A stretch of DNA of 64,000 nucleotides, taken from the NCBI RefSeq assembly GCF_017302975.1, contig NZ_JAFIMT010000003.1; one strand, given 5' to 3'. Position numbers and translations under genes: made by a program. This DNA comes from Corallococcus exiguus (GTDB taxonomy: Bacteria > Myxococcota > Myxococcia > Myxococcales > Myxococcaceae). Positions 48,047-58,900 of this stretch are shown piece after piece. How positions within the stretch are numbered: the first letter of the stretch is position 1; every line of letters begins with the position of its first letter. Below the pieces are notes generated by a model that searched no databases, was not told the DNA's origin, and saw only the letters and a program-made list of their open reading frames with translations.

Positions 48047-48946
48047 CTAGCTGGCGCGGTGCGCCTTCCAGGCCGCGTGGAAGCGCGCCAGGGACTCCGC
48101 CAGCTCCAACGGCTGGGCCTTCAACTCCGTGCGCACCTTGTCCGTCTTGAGGCCACTGCGCAGCGGACGGGGGCTGGCCAGCTTCAGGTCCGCCATCCGC
48201 GTCGGCGTGATCAGCGACGAGTCGAAGCCGAACACCTCGCAGAGCGCCCGGCCAAAGCCCACCCGGTCGATGACCGTGCCGCCGCAGGTGTTCCACACCC
48301 CACCGAGCCGCCGCTCCCCCAGCTCCACCAGCATGGCGGCCACGCTGTCCGCGAAGCTGGGGGACACCACCTGGTCCTCGAAGAGCTTCACCGGCTGGCC
48401 CTTCTCCAGCGCCCCCACCAACCACGCCCCGAAGTTGGGACGCCCCGCCGCGGGCCAGCCATACACCACCGCCGTGCGCGCGATGGCGCAGCCCGGCGCG
48501 AACACGCGTGCCGCCTGCTCGGCCATGTGCTTGGTCAGCGCGTACACGCCACGCGGGTTGGGCAGCGCGTCCTCGGAATACGGCCCGGCGTCTCCGTCGA
48601 AGACGTAGTCCGTGGAGACGTGCACCAGGTGCGCGCCAGCGAGCTTCGCTGCCCGGGCCACCGCGGCCGTGGCGTGGACGTTCGCCGCGTAGGCCGCGTC
48701 CGGGTCCTTCTCACACGCGTCCACCTCCGTCATGGAGGCGGGGTGGATGATGGCCTCCGGACGCGCCTGGGCGATGGCGGCGGCCACGTCCTGCTCGCGC
48801 GTGAGGTCCACCTCCACGTAGCCGTGAGTGCCACCCGTGCGCCGGGGACCCCGCCCCAGGCCCACCACTTCATGTCCGCGCTCGGTCAGCTGCGCGCAGA
48901 CGCGGCTGCCCACCAGACCGTTGGCTCCCGTGACGAGAAAGCGCAT
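48047..48946 (-). CDS. rmlD: dTDP-4-dehydrorhamnose reductase
   Basis: MRFLVTGANGLVG Rossmann motif, a YxxxK site and RmlD length. Confidence 0.88.
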   Translation of the reverse strand: MRFLVTGANGLVGSRVCAQLTERGHEVVGLGRGPRRTGGTHGYVEVDLTREQDVAAAIAQARPEAIIHPASMTEVDACEKDPDAAYAANVHATAAVARAAKLAGAHLVHVSTDYVFDGDAGPYSEDALPNPRGVYALTKHMAEQAARVFAPGCAIARTAVVYGWPAAGRPNFGAWLVGALEKGQPVKLFEDQVVSPSFADSVAAMLVELGERRLGGVWNTCGGTVIDRVGFGRALCEVFGFDSSLITPTRMADLKLASPRPLRSGLKTDKVRTELKAQPLELAESLARFHAAWKAHRAS

Positions 48947-48950
48947 GGCG

Positions 48951-49976
48951 CTAACCCCTCCCCTTCAGCCGGGCCTTGTACTGGGTGTCGAAGTACTGGC
49001 GATAGGCGCCGCTCGTGACGCGCTCCCACCAGGCGCGGTTCTCCATGTACCAGGTCACCGTCTCCTCCAGCCCCTGCTCGAAGGTGTGCTTCGGCTGATA
49101 GCCCAGCTCCGTGCGGATCTTCGTGGGGTCGATGGCGTAGCGGCGGTCATGGCCCGGCCGGTCCGCGACGTACTGGATGAGCGACTCGGGCTTCTTCAAG
49201 AGGCCCAGGATGCCCTTGACGATCTCGATGTTGCGGCGCTCGGAGCCGCCGCCGATGTTGTAGACCTCGCCCGCGCGGCCCTTCTCCAGCGCCACCAGCA
49301 GGCCCTGGCAGTGGTCCTCCACGTGGAGCCAGTCGCGCACGTTGGCGCCGTCGCCGTAGACGGGCAGCGGCTTGTCGTGCAGCGCGTTCACCACCATCAG
49401 CGGGATGAGCTTCTCCGGGAACTGATAGCGGCCGTAGTTGTTCGAGCAGCGCGTCACCACCACGTCCATCTTGAACGTGTGGTGGTAGGCCAGCGCGATC
49501 AGGTCCGAGGACGTCTTGGAGGCCGAGTACGGGCTGGAGGGCTGCAGCGGAGAGGTCTCCGTGAAGGCGCCCGTGGGGCCCAGCGAGCCGTAGACCTCGT
49601 CGGTGGAGACCATCAGGAAACGCTTCACGCCCCGGGCGCGGCAGGCTTCCAAGAGCTGCTGGGTGCCCAGCACGTTGGTGTTGATGAACACCTCCGGGCC
49701 CAGGATGGAGCGGTCCACGTGGCTTTCGGCCGCCAGGTGCATCACCGCGTCGACACCGTGCTGGACGATGAGGTGTTCCACCAGCTCCCGGTTGGCGATG
49801 TCGCCGCGCACGAAGACGTGCTTCGGGTCACCTTCCAGGTCGGCGAGGGTCTCGAGGTTGCCCGCGTACGTGAGCTTGTCGAGGTTGATGATCTTCCAGT
49901 CGGGCCGCTCGCGGCGCAGGTACTTCACCAGATTGGAGCCGATGAAGCCGCAGCCCCCTGTCACCAGGACGTTCAT
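48951..49976 (-). CDS. rmlB: dTDP-glucose 4,6-dehydratase
   Basis: MNVLVTGGCGFIGSN plus YSASK, full-length; recovered as the 3' 342 codons of the 970-aa track ORF. Confidence 0.92.
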   Translation of the reverse strand: MNVLVTGGCGFIGSNLVKYLRRERPDWKIINLDKLTYAGNLETLADLEGDPKHVFVRGDIANRELVEHLIVQHGVDAVMHLAAESHVDRSILGPEVFINTNVLGTQQLLEACRARGVKRFLMVSTDEVYGSLGPTGAFTETSPLQPSSPYSASKTSSDLIALAYHHTFKMDVVVTRCSNNYGRYQFPEKLIPLMVVNALHDKPLPVYGDGANVRDWLHVEDHCQGLLVALEKGRAGEVYNIGGGSERRNIEIVKGILGLLKKPESLIQYVADRPGHDRRYAIDPTKIRTELGYQPKHTFEQGLEETVTWYMENRAWWERVTSGAYRQYFDTQYKARLKGRG

Positions 49977-50090
49977 TGACAAGCCACCACTCGCACTTCG
50001 AGAGAAAGCGCCCTCCGTAGCGGAGGGAAGGATCCCCGTCAAGGCAAGCGCGCGACCACTTGTGGCCGGTCCGGGCCAGGGGTAAATGCC

Positions 50091-51737
50091 ATGCCCAACG
50101 TGAGCCTCTGGAACAGCAAGCGAGGGACCGCGTCCTCGAGCGCCGGAGCAGTCCACCAGCTCGTGCCGCGGCTGGCCTGGGGCGACGCCGTGGGCAACCA
50201 GGTGCGCTACCTGCGAAACCTCCTGCGCGGATGGGGATACGCGTCGGAGATCTACGCCGAGCAGTGGGACGAGGCGTGTCGCGACGAGGTGCGCCCCGCC
50301 CTCGACTACGCGCGCGACGCGGGCCGGGACACCGCGCTGCTCGTCCACCACAGCTTCGAGTCGCGGCTGGTGCCGCTGGTGGCCAAGGCGAAGGGCCGCA
50401 AGGCGCTGCTGTACCACAACGTCACGCCCGAACGGTTCTTCGAGGGCACGGACCGCCACGTCGCCCGCGGCTGCATGCTGGCGCGCGAGGAGCTGCTCCA
50501 GCTGCGCGAGCACGTGACGCACGCCTGGGCGTACTCGCACTTCAGCGTGGAGGAGCTGTCCGCCGCGGGCTACCCGGACGCGAGCGTCCTGCCCTTCGCG
50601 GTGGACTGGAACGCGTTCAACGTGCCGCCGGACCCGGCCCTGCGCGAGCAGGTGGAGGACGGGTGCGCCAACGTGCTCTTCGTGGGCCGCACGGTGCCCA
50701 GCAAGCGGTTGGAGGACGTGCTGCGCGTCTTCACCGCCTACCAGCGCCTGTACCAGCCCAAGAGCCGGCTGCTGGTGGCGGGCACGCTCTACAGCAGCGC
50801 GCCCTATGACGCGTCCGTGCTGGCGCTGCGCGAGCAGCTGGGCCCGGATCGCGTGGTGTTCCTGGGCCGGGTGGACGCCGCCCAGCTGTCCGCGTGCTTC
50901 GCGTCCGCCACCGCGTACCTCTCCATGAGCCGCCACGAGGGCTTCGGCGTGCCGCTGCTGGAGGCCATGTACCGGGGCGTGCCGGTGGTGGCCTACGGCG
51001 CCGCGGCGGTGCCGGAGACCATGGGCGGCGCGGGCCTCACCACCCTGTCGGACGACCCCGCGCAGGTTGCGGGGCTGCTGGCGGTGCTGGAGCGAGACCC
51101 CGCCCTGCGCTCGCGGGTGGTGGAGGCGCAGCGTCAGCGACTGGCGTCCCTGGACCAGCAGTCCGTGGCCCAGCGGGTGCGCGAGGCGCTCATGCCCTTC
51201 CTCCAGGGGAATGCGTCCCCGGCCCGTCCGCCCGCCTCGCCCGCCGTCACCGTGGTGTGCCCGGGCTTCGACGCCGCGCCGGATGCGCCCATGTCCCAAC
51301 TGGCGCGCGCGGTGGTGGACCGGCTGCCGGACGCGAGCCTGTGGACGGTGCGCCGTCAGGTGATGCCCCTGCAGCTGGCCCCGAGCGATGAGCGCGACGG
51401 CGTGACGCGGGTGCGGCGCTTCACGCCGGACGAGCCGTGCTTCGGGTTGGACGGGGTCAGTCCGCCGTCGTCGTCGCTGGAGACGGGCGTGCGGTGCGCC
51501 CCGGGGCCGTTGCTGTTCGCGGGGGCCGGTGAAGAGGTGGCCCGGCGCACGGTGTCCCGGCTGCCGCCGGACATGCGCGTCGCGGGCATCTGGGAGCCCC
51601 GCCGCGCGCCGGACGCGGGCGTCAAACAGGTCCTGGGAAAGAGGCAGTGGGAGCTCACCCCGGGGCGCGACCTGACGTCGCTGGCGGCGGAGCTGGCAAG
51701 AGAGCTGGACGTGGGAGGACACCCGCATGCGCGCTGA
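50091..51737 (+). CDS. Glycosyltransferase family 1 (GT4-like) with approximately 180-aa C-terminal extension
   Basis: GT-B C-domain motifs (FVGRTVPSKR, EGFGVPLLEAMYRGVPVV). Confidence 0.8.
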   Translation: MPNVSLWNSKRGTASSSAGAVHQLVPRLAWGDAVGNQVRYLRNLLRGWGYASEIYAEQWDEACRDEVRPALDYARDAGRDTALLVHHSFESRLVPLVAKAKGRKALLYHNVTPERFFEGTDRHVARGCMLAREELLQLREHVTHAWAYSHFSVEELSAAGYPDASVLPFAVDWNAFNVPPDPALREQVEDGCANVLFVGRTVPSKRLEDVLRVFTAYQRLYQPKSRLLVAGTLYSSAPYDASVLALREQLGPDRVVFLGRVDAAQLSACFASATAYLSMSRHEGFGVPLLEAMYRGVPVVAYGAAAVPETMGGAGLTTLSDDPAQVAGLLAVLERDPALRSRVVEAQRQRLASLDQQSVAQRVREALMPFLQGNASPARPPASPAVTVVCPGFDAAPDAPMSQLARAVVDRLPDASLWTVRRQVMPLQLAPSDERDGVTRVRRFTPDEPCFGLDGVSPPSSSLETGVRCAPGPLLFAGAGEEVARRTVSRLPPDMRVAGIWEPRRAPDAGVKQVLGKRQWELTPGRDLTSLAAELARELDVGGHPHAR

Positions 51738-52266
51738 GGACCTCATCACCGGCGACCCCACCGTGAAGGCGGTGCTGGAGTCCCTGGAGCGGCTGCCCAC
51801 GCCCGAGCCCGAGAAGGTAGAGGCGCTGCGCCGACGCCTCGCCGCCACCCAGGGCCCGGCCACCAGCCCCGCGTGGCCCCCGTTCCTGGAGGGCGCGCGG
51901 CTGAAGCGCGACGCGCGCTACGCGGACCCGCCTTCGTCCCACCGGCCCGTGGTGGGGCCCGCGCTGGTGATGGCCAAGCGCGCCTTCCGGCTGGCGTTCC
52001 AGCCCTTCATCAACGAGGCGCTCCGGCGGCAGGTGGAGTTCAACGAGGCCATCCTGGACGCGCTCGCGCTCATCCATGAGCACCAGCGTGTCCAGGCGCG
52101 CACGCAGTCCCTGTGGCGCCAGGAGGTGGAGCGCCAGCTGGAGCAGCTGACGTCACGCCCGCCTGCCGCGACGCCGGAGCCTTCGCCGAAGCCGGCACCA
52201 GAGCCGTCGCCGGAGCCCGCGGGGGAACCGCCGCGCCGAGGGCCCTCGCGGCGACGGGGCCGCTAG
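51727..52266 (+). CDS. Hypothetical protein with Pro-rich C-terminus
   Basis: An ORF that overlaps the GT1 3' end by 11 nt. It has no motif, and its coding status is uncertain. Confidence 0.35.
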   Translation: MRAEDLITGDPTVKAVLESLERLPTPEPEKVEALRRRLAATQGPATSPAWPPFLEGARLKRDARYADPPSSHRPVVGPALVMAKRAFRLAFQPFINEALRRQVEFNEAILDALALIHEHQRVQARTQSLWRQEVERQLEQLTSRPPAATPEPSPKPAPEPSPEPAGEPPRRGPSRRRGR

Positions 52267-52318
52267 CCGGCCTGGGAGCCTGGCGGACACGTGACGGGGG
52301 ACACGCGGAAGCGGTAGG

Positions 52319-53242
52319 GTGCCGCCCCCTATGTCCGCCCCCTCCTGTCCCGCCTGCGCTTCGTCCTCGCTCCGACCGTCCTTCCAGGGGCCCCGGCTGG
52401 ACGTGGAGACCTGCGCGAGCTGTGGCCACCGAGTGGCGACCCACCGCGCGCCGCGCAACACCGCCGACTACCACGCGCAATACGACAGCGGCGGCTTCAT
52501 GGACTCGCTGCGCGTCACGCGCCAGCGCCAGGCCCGGAGCATCGTCGAGCGTCTGCGCCGCCACATCCCCCAGCCCTCGCGGCTCCTGGACTTCGGTGCG
52601 GGCCGGGGCTGGTTCCTGGAGGGCTGCCGCGAGGCGGGCGTCCAGGAGCTGGCCGGCGCGGACATCTCCGAGCTGTCCGTCAACCTGATGCGCGACGCGG
52701 GCATCCCCGGCATGCGCCTGCCCCTTCCGGAGGGCGGACAGTGGCCCCTGCCCCTCCAGGACCTGCCCTTCCGTCCGCGCATCCTCACGCTTCTGGACGT
52801 CGTGGAGCACTTCCCGGGTGCGCACCTGGCGGACATGGTGCGCCACCTCGTCACACAGCTGGCGCCCGAGCTGGAGTGGGTGGTGCTGAAGGTGCCGGTG
52901 GCCAGCGGCCTGCTCTACCGCGTCTCCCGTGCCATGGCCGGCGTGGCCTCGTCGGGGCTGCTGGAGCAACTCTACCAGGCCGGCACCTTTCCTCCGCACG
53001 AGAGCTACTTCACCCACGACTCCATGGAGGCCCTGCTCCCGCGCGTGGGCCTGGAGCGCGTGGACGCCTTCGGGGACCTGGACTTCGAGGCCGACAGCCT
53101 GGCGGACCGGGCGCACGCCCTGCGGAAGCTCCCCCGGCCGCTCGTCTCCCTGGCGGGCCAGGGCCTGGGCGCGGTGGCCCGGGGCCTGAGCCTGGAGGAC
53201 GCGGGTATCTTCATCGCGCGCGTGAGCGGGAACCGGGCGTAG
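52319..53242 (+). CDS. Class I SAM-dependent methyltransferase with N-terminal Cys4 zinc-ribbon
   Basis: The zinc-ribbon is CPACAS...CASCGH. The SAM motif I is LLDFGAGRGWF and the acidic motif II is LLDVVEH. Confidence 0.75.
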   Translation: MPPPMSAPSCPACASSSLRPSFQGPRLDVETCASCGHRVATHRAPRNTADYHAQYDSGGFMDSLRVTRQRQARSIVERLRRHIPQPSRLLDFGAGRGWFLEGCREAGVQELAGADISELSVNLMRDAGIPGMRLPLPEGGQWPLPLQDLPFRPRILTLLDVVEHFPGAHLADMVRHLVTQLAPELEWVVLKVPVASGLLYRVSRAMAGVASSGLLEQLYQAGTFPPHESYFTHDSMEALLPRVGLERVDAFGDLDFEADSLADRAHALRKLPRPLVSLAGQGLGAVARGLSLEDAGIFIARVSGNRA

Positions 53243-53301
53243 CGGGTTGTTCGTGCGGGCCGGGAAACGATAGAAGCCCGGAAGACGCAGGAGGGGGCTG
53301 A

Positions 53302-54000
53302 ATGGACACCCGACAGGGCCTCATCGTGTTGCTGGCCTTCAACGAGGAGGAGTGCATCGGCTCGACGGTGGCGGAGCTGCGCGAGGCGCTGCCGGAGTTC
53401 GACGTGCTCGTCGTGGACGACGGCTCACGCGACGCCACGGCGCAGCGCGCGCGGGACTGCGGAGCGCGGGTGCTCACCCATCCCTTCAACCTGGGCGTCG
53501 CCGCGGGCGAGGCCAGCGGCCTGCTGTTCGCGTCCCGCAACGGGTACGAGCACGTCATCCGCATGGACGGCGACGGACAGCATGACCCGGCGTCCGTGCC
53601 CGCGCTGCGCGAGGCGCTCCAGTCGGGCGTGGAGCTGGTCATCGGCAGCCGCTTCGCGGGCGTCACCAGCTTCCGCTCCACGTGGCTGCGCCGCTTCGGC
53701 AACCGGTTCCTGGCGAACCTCCTGTCCACGCTGAGCCGCCACCGCATCACCGACCCCACCTCCGGCTTCCGGGGCTTCGGTCCGCAGGCGATCCGCTTCT
53801 TCGCGCGCGTCCACCCGCATGACTACCCGGAGCCGGAGAGCGTGCTGATGGCGGCGCGGCAGGGCTTCGCCATCGCGGAGGTGCCGGTGCGCATGCGGCC
53901 GCGCCTCACCGGCACCAGCTCGCTGACGCCGTGGAAGTCGGCCTTCTACATGGCGAAGGTGTCCTTCGCCCTGCTCATGGAGCGGGTCCGTCCCGTCTGA
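53302..54000 (+). CDS. GT2-family polyprenyl-phosphate glycosyltransferase (DPM1/GtrB/ArnC-like catalytic domain)
   Basis: The family motifs are VVDDGSRD, DGDGQHDP and the downstream acceptor loop. Confidence 0.85.
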   Translation: MDTRQGLIVLLAFNEEECIGSTVAELREALPEFDVLVVDDGSRDATAQRARDCGARVLTHPFNLGVAAGEASGLLFASRNGYEHVIRMDGDGQHDPASVPALREALQSGVELVIGSRFAGVTSFRSTWLRRFGNRFLANLLSTLSRHRITDPTSGFRGFGPQAIRFFARVHPHDYPEPESVLMAARQGFAIAEVPVRMRPRLTGTSSLTPWKSAFYMAKVSFALLMERVRPV

Positions 54001-54416
54001 TGCCCATGCTTCGCTCCAGCCTCATCGGCGTGGCCTTCGCGGCCGCCTTCGCCTTCAGCGTCCTGTGGTCGGCCCGGGGCCGGCGCACCAGTGAGCGGCA
54101 CACCTTCGCGTGGCTGCTGGTGGCGGTGGCCATCGCGGGCCTGTCGCTGTGGCGCCATGGCATCGACGCGCTGGCGTCAGCCATGGGCATCTACTACGCC
54201 CCGTCCGCCCTCTTCTTCATCGCCCTGACGTGCCTCATGTGGCTGGTGTACCGGCTGAGCCTCCAGGTGGCCGACCAGCGCCAGCAGCTCAAGCGGCTGG
54301 CCCAGGAGGTCGCCCTGCTCACCTCCGCGGAGGCCGAGCGCGCCGCGCGTGCGCAGCCCCGTCCGGAAGTCGTCTCCCCCGCCGTCGCCGCCCGTCGCGA
54401 CTCGCACGCCGTCTGA
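54000..54416 (+). CDS. DUF2304-family small membrane protein (GT2-associated)
   Basis: Its ATG overlaps the GT2 stop (TGATG). It has three TM helices and a C-terminal charged tail, the standard GT2 + DUF2304 pairing. Confidence 0.65.
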   Translation: MPMLRSSLIGVAFAAAFAFSVLWSARGRRTSERHTFAWLLVAVAIAGLSLWRHGIDALASAMGIYYAPSALFFIALTCLMWLVYRLSLQVADQRQQLKRLAQEVALLTSAEAERAARAQPRPEVVSPAVAARRDSHAV

Positions 54417-54443
54417 GGGCCCACCGGGCCCCATCCGTCCTCC

Positions 54444-55841
54444 ATGCTTCCGTCTTCACCGCCCCCGTCCCCGCTGCGTCCATTCTTCATCGCGCCCGTC
54501 GTGGCCTTCCTCGTCGTGGCCGCCGTGCTGGGCGCGGTGCTGAGCTTCCTCACGCCCCCGTTCCAGGTGGCGGACGAGCCCGCGCACTTCTACCGCGCGT
54601 ACCAGGTCTCCGAGGGACAGCTGACGGCCACGCGGATCCCGGTGGGGGACGCGGGCGGGCAGCTCCCGCGCAGCATCGTGCGGGTGGCGCAGGAGGTGTC
54701 CGACGGCGTGGGCGGCCATCCCGACGTGCGCCAGGACCGGCAACGCCTGAGCGACGCGATGCACGCGGCGCTGGCGCCCCAGGACACCCAGGAGTGGCGC
54801 TTCGCCGCGTCCGCCATCTACTTCCCGCTGGTCTACTTCCCGCAGTCGCTGGGCATGGTGCCCGCGCGGCTGTTGGAGGCGTCCCCGGTGGCGGTGCTGT
54901 GGGCGGGCCGGCTGGGCAACGTGCTGGTGGCGCTGCTGCTCACCGCGCTGGCGCTGCGCCTGATGCCCTTCCAGCGGTGGGCCTTCGCGCTGCTGGCGCT
55001 CACGCCCATGGTGCTCTTCCAGCGCGCGTCGGTGTCCGCGGACCCCATCACGATGTCGGCGTGCCTGCTGCTGGTGGCGCTGTCGCTGCACTACACCTTC
55101 GCGCACCCGGGCCCGCTGGGCGCGAAGCAGCTGGGGCTGCTGCTGGCGAGCGCGGTGTTCGTGGCGCTGTGCAAGCAGGCCTACCTTCCGCTGTCGCTGG
55201 TGTTCCTGCTGCTGCCGCTCACCCGGCTGGGGACGCGCGGCCGCTACGCCCTGGCCCTGGCCGCCATCGTCGCCGTGCCCGCGCTGCTCCAGTTCGCGTG
55301 GTCCTCCACCGTGCGGGACATCTTCCGCCCCAGCGAGGTGGTGGCGCAGGTGGCCCACATCCGCGCGCACCCCTTCCAGGTGCTGGGCGTGCTGGTGAGT
55401 GACTTCTGGAGGCGGCTGCCGGACTTCCTGCATCAGGGCGGCGGCGTGCTGGGCTGGCTGGACACCCCGGTGCCCCGCCCTGCCCTCTTCGCCCTGGCCG
55501 CGTTGCTCCTGGGAGTGATGGCGCTGGACGCCGACGGGGCCGCGCCGAAGGTGGGCTGGCGCGAGCGCGCGGTGGCGCTGGGGGTGGCGGTGGCGGGTGT
55601 GCTGGCCATCCAGGCCATGCTGTACCTGGCGTGGACGGCGCCGGGCGCGAACCACGTGGACGGGGTGCAGGGCCGCTACCTGTTGCCCTACACGCCGCTG
55701 CTGGTGGTGGCGCTGGCCCCGCCCGCCTGGGCACCGCGCGCGCTGACGCGCTTCAAGCCAGTGCTCATCGCCTGCTTCATCCTGCTCACCGCGGCGGTGA
55801 CGCTCACCACGGTGTACCAGCGCTACTACGGCCCCGCGTAG
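54444..55841 (+). CDS. DUF2142-family polytopic membrane protein (GT-C-like candidate glycosyltransferase/polymer-modifying enzyme)
   Basis: At least 10 TM helices and an early periplasmic loop with acidic residues (VADEPAHFYRAY), consistent with DUF2142/GT-C-like topology. Confidence 0.6.
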   Translation: MLPSSPPPSPLRPFFIAPVVAFLVVAAVLGAVLSFLTPPFQVADEPAHFYRAYQVSEGQLTATRIPVGDAGGQLPRSIVRVAQEVSDGVGGHPDVRQDRQRLSDAMHAALAPQDTQEWRFAASAIYFPLVYFPQSLGMVPARLLEASPVAVLWAGRLGNVLVALLLTALALRLMPFQRWAFALLALTPMVLFQRASVSADPITMSACLLLVALSLHYTFAHPGPLGAKQLGLLLASAVFVALCKQAYLPLSLVFLLLPLTRLGTRGRYALALAAIVAVPALLQFAWSSTVRDIFRPSEVVAQVAHIRAHPFQVLGVLVSDFWRRLPDFLHQGGGVLGWLDTPVPRPALFALAALLLGVMALDADGAAPKVGWRERAVALGVAVAGVLAIQAMLYLAWTAPGANHVDGVQGRYLLPYTPLLVVALAPPAWAPRALTRFKPVLIACFILLTAAVTLTTVYQRYYGPA

Positions 55842-55904
55842 GGCCTGAAGGCTTCTTCACCGCCAGGATCCACCCCGCCTCCAGGCAGGGTGGATCCGGC
55901 CAGC

Positions 55905-58900
55905 TCAGCGACTGACTGCCGTGGCGCTGGCGTCTTCGCGGGCCGCGCTTCGAGCGGGCGGATTCACCAGACCGGACAGCAGCCCGTGGAGCTCCTTGGC
56001 CTGGGTCTCGTAGTCGCGCACGGTGGTGCGCTGGGAGCTCGGGGCGCGCGACAGACGCTCCGGGTGGGCCACCAGGTCGCGCAGCACGCGGCGGAAGCCG
56101 TCGGCGTCCGTCATGTCCACGACGTTGCCGTTGACGCCCTCCACGATGTCCTCGCTGACGCCGCCTGACGCCGTGGTGACCACCCACACGTTACGGGCCA
56201 TGGCCTCGCGCACCGTCAGGCCGAAGCTCTCCTTGCACTGCGAGGGCATCAGCAGCACGTCCACCCCGTCGAAGAAGGCGTCCATCCCGTCCTGATCATA
56301 CGGACGCACCACCTCCACCTGCCCCTTCACCTTCCATTCCTTCGCGTCGATGGAGGCCGACCCCATGCGCAGCTGGATGTCGGTCATCTTCAGGACCCAG
56401 CCGGACTCCGGCACCGACTCCAGGATGTCCTTGAGCCAGAAGTACCCCTTGTGCACCGCGTGGCCGCCCAGGTAGGCGAAGCGCACGGGGGCGTTGGCGG
56501 GGCGCGGGGCGCGCGCACGCGTGGGCAGCAGCACGCCGTTCTTGTTCACGACGATGCGCTCCGGCGCGACGCCGTTGGCGATGTAGAGCTGGCGCTGGAA
56601 CTCGCTGGGCGCCATCAGCAGGGCCGCGCCGTCCAGCACCTTGCGCAGGGCGAACGTGCGCTTGAAGGTGTAGCGCGAGTCCGGCACGCACTTGGTGCAC
56701 ACGCGCAGGTCGATGCCCTTCTGGCCGCAGTACGTGGCGTCCTCGCGGACCATGAACTGCCGCTCGCACAGCCACCACGCGTCATGCACGGTGATGGTGT
56801 ACGGGATGCCCTCCGCGGCGCACGCCGTGGCGAGCGTGGAGGTCAAGAGCTGGATGGAGTGGAAGTGCACCACGTCCGGGCGCACCGCCTTGAGCACCTG
56901 GGTGAAGGTCTCCCCCATGCGCGGGTTCTGGTACTCCTGGGCGCGGTCGGTGAGGGCCGGCACCTGGGTGGCGATGACCGGCAGGCCCAGCGCCTCGTAG
57001 CGCACCACCGAGTAGGCGGGCAGCGGCGAGTTCAGGATGCCGGTGAACACGGTGACGTCGCAGCCCTCCGCCTTCAGCTGGTGCGCCAGCTGCTCCGCCA
57101 CGACGGTCGCCCCGCCGAAGCTCAAGGGCGCGAAGAGGATGTTGGCCTCCAGGACCTTCAGGCGCGGAGGCGGCGCGGGCGGCAGGTGCTGGAGGATGGG
57201 CTGGAGCCGCTCCGTGGCCACCACCGCCGGGTGGTAGCGCGCCATCACGCTGCGGTGGGCCTCCTCGCCCATGCGCTTGCGCAGTGACGCGTCCTGCACC
57301 AGCGCGGACAGCCCGGACTCCCACTCCTCACGGGTGGTGGCGACGAAGCCGTTGCGGCCGTGGTCGATGATCTCCCGGAACGGCCCGGAGCCGGAGCACA
57401 CCGCGGGCACGCGGAAGATGGACGCCTCGATGAACTTGATGTTGCTCTTGGCGTCGTTGAAGACCGTCGTCTCCAGCGGCGCGATGGAGATCTGCCAGGA
57501 CGCAAGCGCGCGCAGGTAGTCGTCCGCGTCCAGGAACGGGATGCGGAAGACGCGGTCGGAGAAGCGCTCGAAGCCCGCCGGCAGCTCCAGGAAGCCGTGG
57601 ATGGCCAGGCGCACGTTCGGATGGCGCTCCATCACCGCGAGGATGGCGTCCGCGGCGATGGCGAAGTCTGCGTCGTGCGTGCGGGTGCCGCTGCCGTAGC
57701 CGATGGTGACCGTGTCCGCGTCCACTGCGGGCGGGCGCGCTTCCATCTCCCGGGCCAGCTCCAGGATGCCGTCGTCCAGGCAGTTCTCGACGACGTAGAC
57801 CTTGCCGGAGATGACGCGGGCCATCTGCTCCGCGATGGTGGGCGTGCTGGCGATGGCGTGCTCACACAGGCTGAGAGCCTTGCGGTAGAGCTTCGCGCCG
57901 TTGAGCAGCAGCTCGCGCTCGTTCTCCGGCAGCCGCTGCACGTTGGTGTTCTTCTGGTACTCCTCCACGTCGAAGATGAGGTCGTCGACGTCGAAGAAGT
58001 GCGGGAGGCCCAGGCGCTTCGTTTCCGCCAGCAGCTCCTCCACGCCAGGGAACGCGGGCACCCGGTAGTAGATGACCAGGCCGTGGAACTGGAGCGCGGC
58101 CTTGCACTCCTCGTGGTCGTTCCAGCGCAGGACGGTGACGTCGTACCCGAGCCGGTGGAACATGGCGACCTTCTGATCCACGCGGTAGCGCTTGCACTGG
58201 GGCAGCGACAGCTCCGCGATGATCAGGATGCGCCGGCCCAGGCTGGCCTGGGAGAGCTGCGTCAGCGGCGCGGTCCACGGAGCCGGAGGCGCGAGCGGCG
58301 CGCTCGGGGCCACGACCGCGGCGATGGGGGCGGCGGGTGCGACAGGGGCGGCCGGCTTGAGGGCGGCCTTGGCGGCGCGCAGCGCCTTGAGCGCGCCCTG
58401 CTTCGCGGGCAGCTTGATCAGCTTCGCGCCCACCTTGTGCAGGGTGCCCTTGCTCTTCTGGTAGAGGTGGCCGCGCTTCGTGCCGGGGGGCAGCACGCGC
58501 TCACGCATGGACCAGTAACGGTTGATGGCCTTCCACGCGAGGCTTCCGTTGATGTGCGCCAGCTCCGAGCCCTGGCGCGCCACGTGCGCATCCAGTTCGT
58601 AGATGCGGGCGTTCTTGCGGCCCAGCTCCTCCTGGAGCATCCGCTGGGCCAGGCCCTGCCGCGCGAGCCGGCCTTCGAACTCGCGCAGGGTGCTGGCGGT
58701 GTCGCGCGCCGCTTCACGGGCGGCGTCCAGCTCCGCCTGGAGCTGCTGCGCCTGGCGCGCATGGTCCGCGGCCTGCTGTTCCTTCTGTCCGTAGGCGTCG
58801 CGCAGGTGCTGCCGGTGCAGCAGGAGCGTCAGTCGCCCGCCCAGCGTGGCGAAGGCCTGCCGCACGTGTTCACGCTCCGCGTCCCGGGTGCTCGTCAGGG